DNA of 63,092 nucleotides, filler included, from Octopus bimaculoides (Eukaryota): assembly GCF_001194135.2 (NCBI RefSeq). It is 7 parts of 7 records of this genome, joined end to end, with 100 filler letters (N's around TTAATTAATTAA, not from the genome) between each part and the next. Parts side by side here need not be neighbours in the genome. Positions count along the whole stretch, not along the records: positions 1 to 24,452 come from NC_069001.1; positions 24,553 to 37,376 come from NC_068988.1; 5 more parts are not named here. One strand, written 5' to 3'. This document shows, one piece after another, positions 13,996 to 28,356 of this stretch. Each line of letters begins with the position of its first letter. Position 1 is the stretch's first letter. Position numbers and translations under genes: made by a program. Under the pieces are notes generated by a model, which saw only the letters and a program-made list of their open reading frames with translations, ran no database searches and was not told the DNA's origin.

Positions 13996-15032
13996 AGATT
14001 AATTTTGTCTTGAGTATATTAACAAACTATATCGACACGGTGTATATATATATATACATATATATATATGATCAATAAGTAAAGCACTGGCACTTCGATG
14101 CGAAAACAGCGTATAAACCTATACGAAATATGATTACATGAGCATCACTCGATTACTTTCATTTAGGTCGTACTTGTCAATTTTTTGTAAAGGTGAAATC
14201 AATCCTTCCATGATTGTATAACCCTCTACTCCTTATTCTTTTAAGAATTATTTGCCGTCGTATACGTAGATGTTCAGGCAGGTGGTAAACCTTATCTCCG
14301 CATTCGTCTCGCTCATCACCATCTTACTCGCAAACTTCCCTGCAGTGGAATCTCCAGTGCATATCTTTTCCTAAAATTTGGGAAACGATCAACAGAAAGA
14401 TATAATATCTAAGCACAACTTGTTAAAAAACAAAAGTAAAGATGTTACCACTGATTTTTAAACAAGTATACGACGAGCATGGATATATACCAGATTCTGA
14501 TATTAGGCACGAGATACCCTCAACTAATTTTTGCAAAAATCCAATCTGTAGTCCACTAGTGCCGTTGCTTTAGACTTAATTTCTGCCTTTTCATATTGAA
14601 CGGTTCTTCAGTGTGAGATGCATTTTATTCGTCTTGATTCAACATGCATTGGAAGAAGTTTGATGTCCGTTGCATATCTTTTCTTGTTCTTCGTTTTTCT
14701 GTCGCTGAAACCGTGTATAGCTTGCTTCCGTACGGATTTTGTATTGATAGTATTGGTGGGGCTCATTGGGAGAAATACATCCTACTTCCTTACTCTTATT
14801 ACATATTGTCTCTAGGTATTCCTGATTTGGCTACCCCACAGTGATACGAAGCAGAGATCAACACCTGATTCAAGATCTTTGTTGATACACCTGCTGCCAC
14901 CCTAGCATTTCTCTACCCTAAACAATTCAGTACACGTGAATTGGTGACCAGGTGACTTATATTTTATAGTTGTATTCTTAAATATATTAAAAAAAATATT
15001 GAGACTGTCCTGCAGGCGCTGCATCTTTCATA

Positions 15033-15261
15033 TTGGGTTGTCTGGAAAGTTCATGCCGATTTATAGTAGCTTACCTTTCAACTTATTTGCCATGAAACCA
15101 CTTCAATCCTGGGAAGAGGGTATTTTCAAGTTAAATGAAAAATGGAGATGCATTGTGCAACAAAATGGTTCATATTTCGTTGATTAAAAATTTAACTGCA
15201 AGTATTTATTGATTTTTTTTCTTTCCTTTAAATACCGGCACGAACTTTCCGGACAACCCAA
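15033..15261 (+). mobile_element. Mariner internal-deletion derivative (MITE), 229 bp
   Basis: The TIRs ttgggttgtctggaaagttcatgccg and cggcacgaactttccggacaacccaa differ at 2 positions, with TA on both sides. The interior encodes WEEGIFKLNEKWRCIVQQNGSYFVD*, a mariner transposase C-terminus. Confidence 0.9.
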
Positions 15262-16619
15262 TATATTTCCCCACATATTTAATAGAGCTTTTCAATATTC
15301 TCCATAGCATTGGATAGTTTTATGAGACACAAATATACACAATATTGTTTGGTGCTGTAAGCAGTCCACCGAATGAGATGCCAATATTGGAAACGTTTCT
15401 TGCCAGCATTTCTTCTTTCTAGGGAAAAAGATACGCAATAAAAAAAAATCTGTGTTGTTTAGTACGCTTTGAAACCATTGCATCAATAAAAAGTGGAAAT
15501 ATATCCGTTTGTTGAAGATTGTATTCGTGACAATGCGTTATTGTTGTTGTTCTTGTCATTTCAAATCGAGGTATTCAAAATGGCAGTTTTATCTGTTAAA
15601 ATATTATTGTTTACTTTATTGTTCAAGTTCACATCAATAGTTTGCAGCGCAATTAAATTACTATTCTTTTTTTTTCTGATTGTAAATTCCGTTATTTTCT
15701 ACGCTGTTAATTTACTGTTGGGATCGTGGCTCGGAATTTTCGTAGTCATTTACTTTTTTATATAGACAACGCGAGAAAAACATAAAATTTGTCTAAAAAT
15801 AACATAAAACGAATATTTATTGTCTTGTTTTTCTAACCCTGTGAAAAATCCAAAATTTCCGAAGCTATCTGTATGTTTGTTAGTTCAATAAAACACTCTT
15901 CTATGCAATAAAAATGATTCGCTTCAAAACACCGCTTGAAAAGACGTCTGACTAGATCAAGATCAAATAGTAATAATGGTTTCTATTTTAGGTAAAAGAC
16001 CAGAAATTTTGCGTGGGGATATTAGTGGACACCATAGCTTCCTTCATTAATTGATTGGTTTATATTTTATCGACTCCGAAAAAATGGAAACCAAAACTGA
16101 CCTCGGGATTACTTCAAGTCAGAATGTAAAGATACGTAACAAATAGAGCAAGGCAATGTTTTCGCCATTCTAAATAATGTGTCCAACCCTTCGTCTTCAA
16201 TATTGTTTTGTAGCTTGGGCAGAAACCAGTGGTATTAATGGGTGAAAGTTTCTTGATGATTTGTCAGCTATCGCAGACAGAGTGTAATCAAATTTGACCG
16301 CCACTGAATACGAACTCCAAAGTGCCCGATAAAATGTATCAAAAATCATTTTCAATTCAATATTTCTATGAAGTGAACTAGCGATGTGCTGTAATTTAAT
16401 TTATGAAGCCATATCTTTGAATGTAAGAGTTAATCCTTGTATTTTGGAACTTAGTTTGTGAAATGAAGAATGTTATGGACTAGAATAATATATATAATAT
16501 ATATTATAGTATTGATAACATTAGAACGAAGTAAATGGAGCATTTGGTTAGAAGAAATTGATGTCATCGAACTGTATACAAGGACCATAAAATGTTTTCA
16601 CCATGAACTGTAAAGCCCT

Positions 16620-17050
16620 TCCTTTGGTTGGCTAGCAGAGGTGGCCTAATCACTGCTCATCATTTTTTTCTGGCGTCCAGCTTAACTCTTTTTTTTTTGC
16701 GCCTCCATAACAAGCTAGAGACTTTTCTGCTCTTTCTCTCTTTCATCCTGTGCACAAGTACCATTTGCTCTCTTCCCTTATTCCTTTGGCTGTATGCGTC
16801 ATCTCTAGGCAAGGAGTCTCCTACAGCGAACCTCGACTAGGAAAAGGCATGACTGCGTTCTAATCACTGAAACGGATTGTACTCTATGATTAAGAATTGA
16901 CGAAATCGCTAAAGCGTCGGATGTACTCATTTCCAGTATATTTTGCAATAATCTATGTTCAGAGATCAAATACCAAATAGGTGTTCATGTGGAGATTTGC
17001 CATCTGACCAGAGTAAGTATCCCATAGAGACGTAACTAGGCCACTGTAGA
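16620..17050 (-). mobile_element. Degraded RTE-like LINE, ORF C-terminal region
   Basis: A minus-strand frame gives VHRMKERKSRKVSSLLWRRKKKR, resembling the RTE 'GHVxRMxxxRxxKxxLxWxPxGKR' motif. It is heavily decayed. Confidence 0.4.
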
Positions 17051-17329
17051 TATGTCTGCTTAAATCAAACACCGTTGTTCAAGCTGCATCCACCAGGGAA
17101 TCATATACATAAAATGTGCACTGAAGGACTTTCAACATTTTCTTTTTTTAGTTGACACTCGTATAACTATCATACATTATTGTAATTTAAATGTATCATT
17201 ACTATACATGTAATAATCTTACCTTCCAAATTTCCCTGATTGAAAGAGGCAGTTGTAATAACACTTTGAAAACACTACTTATTACAAATAATTTGTTTTC
17301 AATCGAGGCTGGAAGATTTTAATGCTCGA

Positions 17330-18400
17330 AAAACAATAACTTTCGTTGTTATAAGTTTCTGTAGCGAAAACGCTACAGAGGTTTATGAAACACTTGAGAC
17401 TGTTGACGAACTAACTTGTATGAGCCGTGCATCTATGTTTCGTTGGTACAAGTGGTTCAGGCACGGTAAAGAGAAACTAAGAGGTGATGAGAGCTGGGAC
17501 GAAAGGGGACGAAAAGGGACGTCAGAAACATCAGAGTTGGTTAAGAAATTTCAGTTGCCTGGATGAAGACCATCATGTGTCTATAATGAGAATAACATTA
17601 TTGTTTGGAGTGTGTGGGATAAGAGTTGACAGAATAATTGAAGATGTGAGCATGCACAAAATTTGTGCAAATTTTGTTCTTGAGGGGTTCAGTGACAAAC
17701 AGAAAGACCCGTTGGCGGCAACGGGGAGATGGTTGAACTCAATAAATTCAATCCAACAGTATTTGAATCTTCGGTGACCTGTGAGGAAAGATGGGTATAC
17801 TATAATGACCCAGAAACCAAAAGAGTTAGAGTAGCTAATGACTGGCTCTAACGACTCAAGAAGACAAGGCAAATAATTACATCAGAAAGAACATAATGAT
17901 CCCCCTTTTCAAGAGTAAGAGCATCGTCTGAAACTACCGGACTCCTTCTGGCCAGAGGGTAAATAAAAATTACTTTCTGGAGGTTTTGAGAGAGTTCAGG
18001 AAGTGATTTGATCGCAAAAGGCCAGATTTCTTCCACTCTGGTCCGTGACATCTGCACCATGGCAATGCACACGTCCACAAATCTTGACACAGATGGGCAC
18101 CATAACACTCTCAAAATTCGCACGGTGCAGTGACGTTTTGCTGACATTTTGCTGAACCTCAAGCTGAAGGAGTATCTCAGCGGGAGTCGCTCCGAAGACT
18201 TTGAGATGAACGAGACTGTGACAGCTTCACTTTATAATACTTTCTTTTGGAGCGAATCCATTAAGCGTCCACGAAGGGGTTGAAGCACTACAACAAGCGC
18301 ATTGATATGAGAAGTTCCAAATTTGACGTAGATAAAGATATCCGTTCTTCTTTGAAATGAATAAATGCCTTCCCGGAAAACAAAGTCTCAGAACTTCGGA
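17330..18400 (+). mobile_element. Degraded mariner transposase relic
   Basis: Pieces read ENATEVYETLETVDELTCMSRASMFRWYKWFRHGKEKLRGDES (HTH region), VTCEERWVYYNDPETK (WVPHEL-downstream VTGDETW region, with the catalytic D changed to E) and LKLKEYLSGSRSED. There are many frameshifts. Confidence 0.85.
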
Positions 18401-18587
18401 AATGTAATTTGTATATATNNNNNNNNNNNNNNNNNNNNNNNNNNNNNNNNNNNNNNNNNNNNNNNNNNNNNNNNNNNNNNNNNNNNNNNNNNNNNNNNNN
18501 NNNNNNNNNNNNNNNNNNNNNNNNNNNNNNNNNNNNNNNNNNNNNNNNNNNNNNNNNNNNNNNNNNNNNNNNTATATATATATATAT

Positions 18588-18629
<42 letters not shown>

Positions 18630-19742
18630 AACGGAATAATTTTATACATGTCATATTAGTTAGAATGTTCTAAGTCTGGAGCAGATATGCACCAAATACA
18701 TTCCAAGGGAACGAAAATCTTCTGGTGATGCTCCATCGCTAAAACGAGGCAAGAGACTTGCAGACATCAAACAATTACAACACACATAAGTTAAACATCG
18801 TTACTGATTATTCTGATTGGTTCATGCTAACATTCATCAATACAAATAATCTCGGCAGTTTAACTTGTTAAGCTTTAAATGTTATCGCTTTATTGATTTA
18901 ACCTATGTACAAAAATCTTTTTAATAAATATAAAGATCAGTAGTTAAATTTCTACCTAAATGTACGTCACAACAACACAAAACAATTTCACATATAAAAT
19001 TTCCATTTAGGGTGTTAACATTCCGAAATGTGTCACTCGATATTAGTTGATAATACTTCTCGATTATTTCTTCTTTTTTCTCTGCAATTTGTTTCTATTT
19101 TGTTATCAAATGATGGAAGTGACAAAGGAAATAACAGAAAACAGCCAAACGATAAATATAGTACAAACGTCAAAAGAAAATTGCTGTGTCGGCGTGATTT
19201 CCTAAATTCATTTAGTATGAAGTGTATTTTTCACGCAAATTTAGAGAGATGAACTGACAGGAAGATAATGCAGACTTGCGTAATGGGAAAATGGGAAAAG
19301 AAGCTTCAGTGTGCTGTTAAAATGTCGAAGATAAATGCAACGAGAGAATGTGAATATCAAATTATCGACCGTTTTCTCCTTCACAGACAGATACATATAT
19401 TTATATATGCGTATGTGTATGTGAAGAACATTTGTAATTTAGGCTTGGTATGCGATAGGTATTATAGGCAATGGAAAGCTATATATTTAAGGCAGGAACA
19501 GCACACACTCACATGCAAGAAAGAGCATCTTCGTCACCGGTTTTGTCATCACTTATAGTAAATCGACAAGTAAGCACTCAACCAGTTTAATAATACTTAA
19601 CTAAAGTATAACACATGTTTCAATACGAACCCATCACACGGAGCTGAGACTATGATTGAAAACATACTTGTACGCAGGTTTCTTCACAACCGCCACACAA
19701 CAAAATCTCACAGTCCGGAGTACGCACATTTGTGTACTCCTT

Positions 19743-19983
19743 ATTTCTTTAATGCCCACAAGGGGCTATACATAGAGGGGACAAACAAGGACAGACAAAG
19801 GGATTAAGTTGATTACATCGACCACAGTGCGTAACTGGTACTTGATTTATCGACCCCGAAAGGATGAAAGGCAACGTCGACCTCGGCAGAATTTGAACTC
19901 AGAACGTAGCGGCAGAGGAAATGACGCTAAGCATTTCGCCCAGCATGCTAACGTTTCTGCCAGCTCGCCGCCTTTCTGTACAG
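19743..19983 (-). mobile_element. SINE family A, full-length copy with 13-bp TSD
   Basis: The minus-strand head aggcggcgagctggcagaaacgttagc...gagttcaaattc carries A/B-box-like motifs. It is flanked by the perfect direct repeat ttgtgtactcctt (19730-19742 and 19984-19996). Confidence 0.9.
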
Positions 19984-20399
19984 TTGTGTACTCCTTGTTG
20001 TAACAAAGCTTTCCTGTGCAACATTGGATTGCAACGTCTAGAAAAATCTAACCCATTTCTCAAAACTGGATTAAGCCATTATCCCTTGTGCGGAGGATAC
20101 CACCGTGCATCTATCCTCCCTGAAAATTTCCTCCCTACCAAACGCCTATCGACAACTTTTGACCCTCCCAAAACAGTTCCAACAAACTTGGCGAAATAAA
20201 CTTCTGAACAATGATGATTCGGTTAGCAGCCACTCAATAAAGAAAGCTTCCCTTTTCACTCGCTTTGCATCCAGCTCCACACTGCAAACGCTTGATCTAC
20301 TTCTTCAAGAACGTAAGAAAACAACTTCAGTAATGAAACGAAAAATGATGAAGATTTAAAATTGTTTCACGAGGCCACGGGATGAAAAAAATTTGATTT

Positions 20400-21030
20400 C
20401 ATCGCCCACAATACTTTATTGGTACTTTATCTTATCGACCTTGAGAGGATGAAAAGCAAATTTGAACATGAGATGATTTTAACTGAGAACATATGGACGG
20501 ACAGCATGACGCTGAGCGTTTTGCCTGAAGTGCTAACTATTCTGCCAGCTCACCGCCTGAACAGCATCGACAATAATAACAATAATAATTATTATTTCTT
20601 TATTGCCCACAAGGGGATAAACATAAAGGGGACAAACAAGGCCAGACAAACGGATTAAGTCGATTACATCGACCCCAGTGTGTAACTGGTACTTATTTAA
20701 TCGACCCCGAAAGGATGAAAGGCAAAGTCGACCTCGGCGGAATTTGAACTCAGAACATAACGGCAGACGAAATACCGCTAAGCATTTCGCCCGGCGTGCT
20801 AACGATTCTGCCAGCTAACAATAATAATAATCCTGTCTACTATAGGCACAAGGATATGTGGGGAGCGGGATAGTCCATTGCACAGACATCAGTATTTCAC
20901 TGATATTTGATTTACCGTCCCCGAAAGAAGGAAAGGTAAAGTGAACTTCAGCATAATTTGAACTCAGAGCGTAAAGACGTACGAAATGCCGCTCAGCATT
21001 TTGTCCGGCATGCTAATGATTCTGCCAACG
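20400..21030 (-). mobile_element. Three tandem SINE family A copies
   Basis: Repeated core at about 20400-20560, 20592-20817 and 20830-21030, separated by (AAT)n spacers. Confidence 0.85.
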
Positions 21031-22006
21031 GCAGCAGCAGCAACAATAACAATACCGATGACAACAACAACAGCATCAGCAGCTAAAAGAATCTCTAAAT
21101 ATGGACGTGTAGTGTGACAGTTTTAGCGGCTCATTTCACTTTCATATGCTGCTGTTTTCTATAAACATAGTTTTGATACAACAAATACAGTGAAACAGGA
21201 AAAAAACATAACACATCTACTCATGCTCACTTAACATTTACCGTCACAGCTAGACAAACACAGACAAGCATAGAGAGAAACAATGATACAATGATATATA
21301 CGTAGAGATAAACAGAAATACACGGAATACAATTCAGCGTGATTTTCGTACTTAGTAGTAAACGTCTTTCAATAAATGAACTTAGTTGTATTTAATGAGT
21401 TTCATTCTAGTGAAAAGTAGCTTTCACAATAAAAACGAAAAAAAAAAAAAAAAAAAAAAAAAAGAAATGCTATTTGTCTCTAATTAGTTATTTTTACATA
21501 TACATTTTCAATAGTAATGTGCGATCTTACAGTTTAAAGCAGTGGTTTACAAAGGGAATGGTATTTCCCTCCGCCTTTCTGGGGACAGTAGAAAAATCCA
21601 GGGGTTGCGTTGAAGAAAAGCTGGACGATAATGGGGTAGCTAAATGGTGTGGGGTCGATGGATGTAAAAACAACACAAAAGAATGGGTTAATTAGGTTAT
21701 GTTTTTATTTGTGAAATATATTTGCAGCAGAAAAGTGGCCAACGATTGTGGTGGGGATGAGTGAGGGAGGGCATTAGGAATGTGGCCAGAAAAAAGTTTC
21801 GGGACCATTCATTGTTTTAGAATAACACTTTCATGTTTACTAGTTTGTAGATCACTTTCCTTCACATCTTGCCAAGCTATGCAGTAGTAGTAGTAGTAGT
21901 AGTAGTGGTAGTAATTGTTGTTGTTGTTGTTGTTGTTCTCATCATCATCATCATCATCATCTTCATCATCATCATCATCATCATCCTCATGATTATTATT
22001 TTTAGT

Positions 22007-22310
22007 GAGTGAGAGAGCACCACATAACATCAAAGTGACACTGGGGTACATGATGTCCAATATACACACCATGACTACCCGTTTGATAAGGGTACCACAG
22101 GCACATGTATCAAAACCATATGTGCGTGTATGAACAGCGTATGAACTTGCAGGTGGGGAACTGTTAGAATTTACTTCAGTTCGAGTAGCCCCATTCTACT
22201 CAAAATGTACCTGAGTAAGAGACGTTTAAAGATATCGAACGAAACCCCACTGTTTCCAGAGTTGAATGATTCAAACCCCAAAGAATTCCAATCAACACAT
22301 GACTATGATG
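22007..22310. mobile_element. Truncated copy of the non-coding ~560-bp element 'E'
   Basis: Aligns by eye with the first half of 22526-23082, then switches to SINE family A sequence at 22311. Confidence 0.8.
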
Positions 22311-22470
22311 CGAAATGCTTAGCGGTATTTCGCCCGTCGCTACGTTTTGAGTTCAAATTCCACCTAGGTCGACTTTACCTTTCATACTTTCAGGGTTGAT
22401 AAAATAAATAGCAGCTGAACCCTGGGGTTGATATAATCTATTCATTCCCTCCCCGCAAAATTACTGCCCT
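22311..22470 (+). mobile_element. 5'-truncated SINE family A
   Basis: cgaaatgcttagcggtatttcg...gagttcaaattcc...ggtcgactttacctttcatactttcagggttgataaa. Confidence 0.8.
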
Positions 22471-22525
22471 TGTGGAAAAATTTAAAATTTTTATTATTAT
22501 TATTATTACTACTATTATTATTATT

Positions 22526-23082
22526 GGGTGAGAGAGAAGTACATTCCGTCAAAGTGACACTGGATAAGATATACGAAGCCCGGTATACCCATCGTGACTA
22601 CACGTCTGATAAGGGTACATCAGGCACATGCATCACATGCATGTGCGCAACGTGGTGAGCTCATATCAAGATAATCAGGGCATGACCTTGAAGGTTGGGA
22701 CCAGTTAGAATTTTCTTCAGGTTGAGTTGTCCATCCCGCTCAAACGGTCCCTGAATAAGTGTTGTTTAAGTATGTTGACCGAAAGACCCATATTTCCACA
22801 GGTGAATTATCCAAACCCCAAAGAATTCCTTCCTCTCACCACATGGCTATGATGCTCCTCCTCTACTTCTGCTCGTGATCAGAGATATTCATATCGTCAG
22901 CCACTAAGAGACATGCTCAGTTGGTTAAGGTAAAACAGCTGACAAGCAAGCGTGTGGTACTGAGCTGAATATTTGCCGTAGCCCATGTTTTATACTAAGA
23001 CAAAACAATGTACATGATAACATTTCCAATCAGCTAAGAGCAGAAGCCTTGAGAGTCACTGCCTGGCACTGCATCAGAGCAT
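22526..23082. mobile_element. Non-coding ~560-bp interspersed element 'E' embedded in (ATT)n
   Basis: Collinear with 32058-32588 from aagtgacactgg to gcatcagggc. It has (ATT)n arrays on both sides and no ORF. Confidence 0.8.
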
Positions 23083-23097
23083 ATTATTATTATTATC

Positions 23098-23157
<60 letters not shown>

Positions 23158-24415
23158 TCTGCAATAAACAAGACTTCGTTTGAATAGAATGACTATTGAT
23201 ACAACATTATTTCAATTAAGTAAATATATTTTATAATGTATGTCCATGGTTAATTCTCACATTCTCATCTTAAGCAGAACATCGAAAGTGAATAGAAGGA
23301 ATTATTCTAAGCGATGTTTAATCTACACCTACACAAATGCTAAAAAAATATTTTAAACTTTAATCCAAAATACTAATTAAATCAAACAACCTAATTATTC
23401 AAATGTCTCAATCTTCCTTTCATTCTCACTGTACATTCACGTATTGATAACTATACGTTTAAATATTTATATTATATATAGTCACATATATAGTCAGACA
23501 GGCATCACACACACACGCACGCACGCACGCACACACACACACACACACTCTTATTCATTCATAAAGGTATTAAAAAGTCAACGAACTGAAAATAAAGAAA
23601 ACGCAGAAATGACAAATTTTAACAAATTTTAAGCTTAACGCTTAAAAGCAATGAATGCACATTCTCTCATTCTCTCTCTCTCTATCTCTCTCTCCTCACA
23701 AATACATACATGCATTCATACATACATACATACATATATATATATATACATATATCTCCCTTATCTCTAGTAATTAAAGCTACAAAAACTTCGGATTCTA
23801 TGAGAATGCTGCATTCATTGGTGCTTTGACTAAAGCCAGAATGACAGAAGAGTACTTCTGTAGACACCAGAAAATGTGGAATTCAGAGCTGTCTACATTT
23901 AACATATCTCACAATGCTTAGGCAGTACCAGTGGTAGTGTCAACGTTTGGGGTATTGGACTGGACACTTGAGATACGCATCTAAGTCACCAGAACCTAGA
24001 ACATTACTGAATACCGCTGGCAACTTCCACGTTACGGATTAACCGATAGGATTATGAGACCGATAGGATTATGAGAAGGATTGATCGCTTTAGAGGTATA
24101 AGGTCAGTCAAAATAGCTTTTGAATGTCCCACTTAGAAATCACCTGCTGCACAGTAAGGAAACGAATGAGTGTGTTCCATATATACTCGAAAGTGAGAGT
24201 AACATCTTCACAGTTGGAAAACTACTGTGTCGCCGTACTCTGAGAATACAGGAAGAGTAGCCTCTCCTGAACGAGTGGTAGAGCCACTACATCTCACCTA
24301 GAAGGATATGATTTCGCTGTCCAGAAACAGGAGATAGCTACTAAATTCTTGATAAACAAAAGAGACATATTATTCTCTTGAGAAAAACTCATTCTGTTCC
24401 CACAATATATATATA

Positions 24416-24452
<37 letters not shown>

Positions 24453-24882
24453 NNNNNNNNNNNNNNNNNNNNNNNNNNNNNNNNNNNNNNNNNNNNTTAA
24501 TTAATTAANNNNNNNNNNNNNNNNNNNNNNNNNNNNNNNNNNNNNNNNNNNNACATATGCACAAACACCTACTTCCATATATACATAATAAAATGCATGT
24601 CTACATTTATGTATATTTGCATGTATGTATTTATGTATGTATGTATGTATGTATGTTTGTATGTATGTATGTTTGTATGTATGTATGTATCTATTTATCT
24701 ATCACCCTTTTTTCTCTACACAAGTACACATCTAATATAATAGGATATAATTCATGTAGTGTAATACAATATAATACAATATAATATAGTACAATAAAAT
24801 ATAACAGAAAATATGATATATTATAATATATTACATTACATCGTATTATTATATATATATATACGCATACACATATGTACAT

Positions 24883-24933
<51 letters not shown>

Positions 24934-25581
24934 CATATATATATATATGTACATATACATATACATACATACATATATGATTTTAGTTTCGTTAAAAGAT
25001 AATTATATTGCTCTATTGCTATACAAAATATATATCTAATCTCCTTTAATTTTTTGCGAGCGAATTTAAATAACCCAAGAATCTGTGTTGTACTAGGAAA
25101 TTACAACAAATTTAATAGGATAGTAACAACATGCACTGACAACAGCATAAGAACGAAAGCAGATTTGACATGACTAGAATTTCCCTCATCAGCCGGCTAA
25201 CTGATATCAGCATGATTCTGACACTGCAAAATCACATCATACCTGCGGGTAACATCTAAGAGATTTAGATAGTAGTATCTACCACTGTTTGCAGATATAT
25301 ACACACAATATCGGTTCACAGGTTACAGTTAACAGATGTATAACTTTTGAACAAAACCTATAGTACAAATTAAAGCATTTAAAATATAATTAAGAGTAAC
25401 AGACAATTATATGAAATAAATACTAGAAGTATCCTCTGACAAATTTGACAGATTATGACACTGTACATCTATTACCAACTCATGAACACAAACCAATACA
25501 CAAACGCAGGAACACAACGTATTTTATACCGAGCAGTCTCAACACAAATACACACATGATAGACACACACACACGCATATT

Positions 25582-25617
<36 letters not shown>

Positions 25618-27415
25618 CATACATACATATATGTATGCATGTATGTATGTAGATATGTAAAGATATATTCTCATAATTATTTCAAAATATCTATATTTTA
25701 TTTAAAAGTATCCAAATTGTAATGATAGAATTTCAAACTGAAAATCTGTCAACGTTGAAGCACCTCATGATAAACAATATTCATTGTGTAATTTTTAGAT
25801 GGTGTCAAAATAAATACATTGTTACTGCTTCAAACTCGCGAGCAAGCAACATAGAGTTGTCAGTGGGAGATGCGTGTAGCAGAGAGATCAAGTTCAACTA
25901 CCTTCAGGGATTGACCCTGAAATTTGTTAACTGAAATACTAAATCTTAGTTTGACTAGAAACTGATGCGTCTTATATTCAAACAGAGCATCTATATGAGT
26001 AGAAGTTTTGGCATAGAGGCATTTTCACGTTGGTGACTACCTCTTATGATTGTTGCCTCTTGGACGTGGAGAGCATTTTGGAGATGGAGTAGGTTTTTGC
26101 CCTTAAATGTTTTGATTGTTACGAATGTAGAGAAGATGCTCACTCTCAACTTTAGCATACATATCTACCAGGTATTGATGAAATACATCACGATACATGA
26201 GTAATAGTTTTAATTGTTCTGTTTTTAATACCCATCTTGTCCATTCCACAAAATAAGAGGATACTGGAGATCACCATAAGTGGAATCAGTCACTGAAATA
26301 CGCTTAAGGTTGTTACTTGGAGCGCGAATGAGAATATTACGATTTTCGTGTGGATCACCTTCCATACGGCTGGCTACTTCATTAGATGTAGGCTCATTAA
26401 AACAACGTAAAATGCCCTTTACTATAGCTTAGTATCGACGTAACGAACGCAGACATACACAGTCATAGACAGTCATAGACACATACACACTCATACACCT
26501 ATGTGTATGTATGTGTAGATGTGTGTGTGTGTGTTTAATTGTCTGACAACTAACGTATAAAAATTGTCACACTCGCACACAAACATACACTCTGACATAC
26601 ACTCACATACATATACTAAGACAGACACACACAGATATACATTCATGCCCACCTGAGGCCTATCTCTGTCCCTGTGTGTGAGTCTCTCTCTCTTTAGATG
26701 TGAGTATGAGTGTGTTTGTGTGTGTGTGTCAGCCGTCGCAAAAATATATGTATACTCACATACACATACAGTCACATATACTCACACATATTTACTTCTC
26801 AGTCATCGGCCTAACGTACGGAACGAATGTGCAAAGACACACACACTCATAGACACATACACACTAATACACATATGTATATGTATTTGTAGATCTGTGT
26901 GTGCGTGTTTAATTCTTTGAGACCTAGCGAATAAAAATTATCACACATACACTCTCACAGACACTCATAGACATATACTAAGATAGACACACTCACATAA
27001 CTAAATATTCTAAATGACTTGAAATACGTTTCCTGCCTCGGTTTTTGTTCTCCTTTTTCCTCTAATATAATATATACCTGCTAACTCTGAAGCCTAATAA
27101 GAATCCCTAGCTCCAGACTCAATTGTGAACTTGAAAGCTAACTGATGACCTATTATTGCACATACTCTGCGTACCTATTGGTTTAGATCACCAGTGAACT
27201 AACACCCTCATATATTCTGTATAACACACACACACGCACACAAAAACATACTGCATATGTACATATACATATATTTTATGCATACTAGTATGCATGTCTA
27301 TGAAAATGTGTGCCTCATAAAGCTATGTATGTACGAGAAATTACCATACTCTCACATGGCACGTTACAAACTTACAGATATTTAATGTATACTTACATAC
27401 CTATATATATATGTG

Positions 27416-27463
<48 letters not shown>

Positions 27464-27669
27464 NNNNNNNNNNNNNNNNNNNNNNNNNNNNNNNNNNNNN
27501 NNNNNNNNNNNNNNNNNNNNNNNNNNNNNNNNNNNNNNNNNNNNNNNNNNNNNNNNNNNNNNNNNNNNNNNNNNNNNNNNNNNNNNNNNNNNNNNNNNNN
27601 NNNNNNNNNNNNNNNNNNNNNNNNNNNNNNNNNNNNNNNNNNNNNNNNNNNNNNNNNNNNNNNNCATAT

Positions 27670-27723
<54 letters not shown>

Positions 27724-28040
27724 GTCTATATAATATCGATACACACTAACGCACATATATAGGCTACGAGCTGTAAGTATTGGTGTTATGTAACGAAGGA
27801 AGACGCTCAGAATATACACAATTAGCATATATACTTTACATGCATAGAAACTAGTCTTAGTAAAAGAAAAATGTTCCTACAATTTCATGCGCTTCTTATA
27901 TAAAAAAAAATATGAACAGGACGGTGGTCTTCCATATATCACGTTTGAAGTGTGTTATATATTTTTTTCTCCATTTTTATCTCATTTTCGTACTTTTCTA
28001 CTCGTTACTGCTGCTGCTGCTGCTGCTGCCACTACTACTT

Positions 28041-28080
<40 letters not shown>

Positions 28081-28183
28081 CATATACGTATCCACCATAT
28101 CTTTGTAGGCATATAGATTTACAAACATACACACATACACGCACACACACACACACACACACGCACACACACACACACACATA

Positions 28184-28250
<67 letters not shown>

Positions 28251-28325
28251 GCATACACACACACACACATATGTATACATATACCCCGATGTATAAATAT
28301 ATTTGCAGAAATGTATTGATGTCTA

Positions 28326-28356
<31 letters not shown>

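Noticed and set aside
21428-21463. AATAAA followed by a 26-nt poly(A), suggesting a processed pseudogene end
   Set aside because: The spacing is only about 4 nt, and there is no TSD and no upstream ORF.
24497-24508. TTAATTAATTAA recurring in the middle of N runs (also about 37421, 51931, 58442, 60353 and 61522)
   Set aside because: It is identical each time, always flanked by Ns, and has stops in all six frames. It is a scaffolding linker artefact, not biology.
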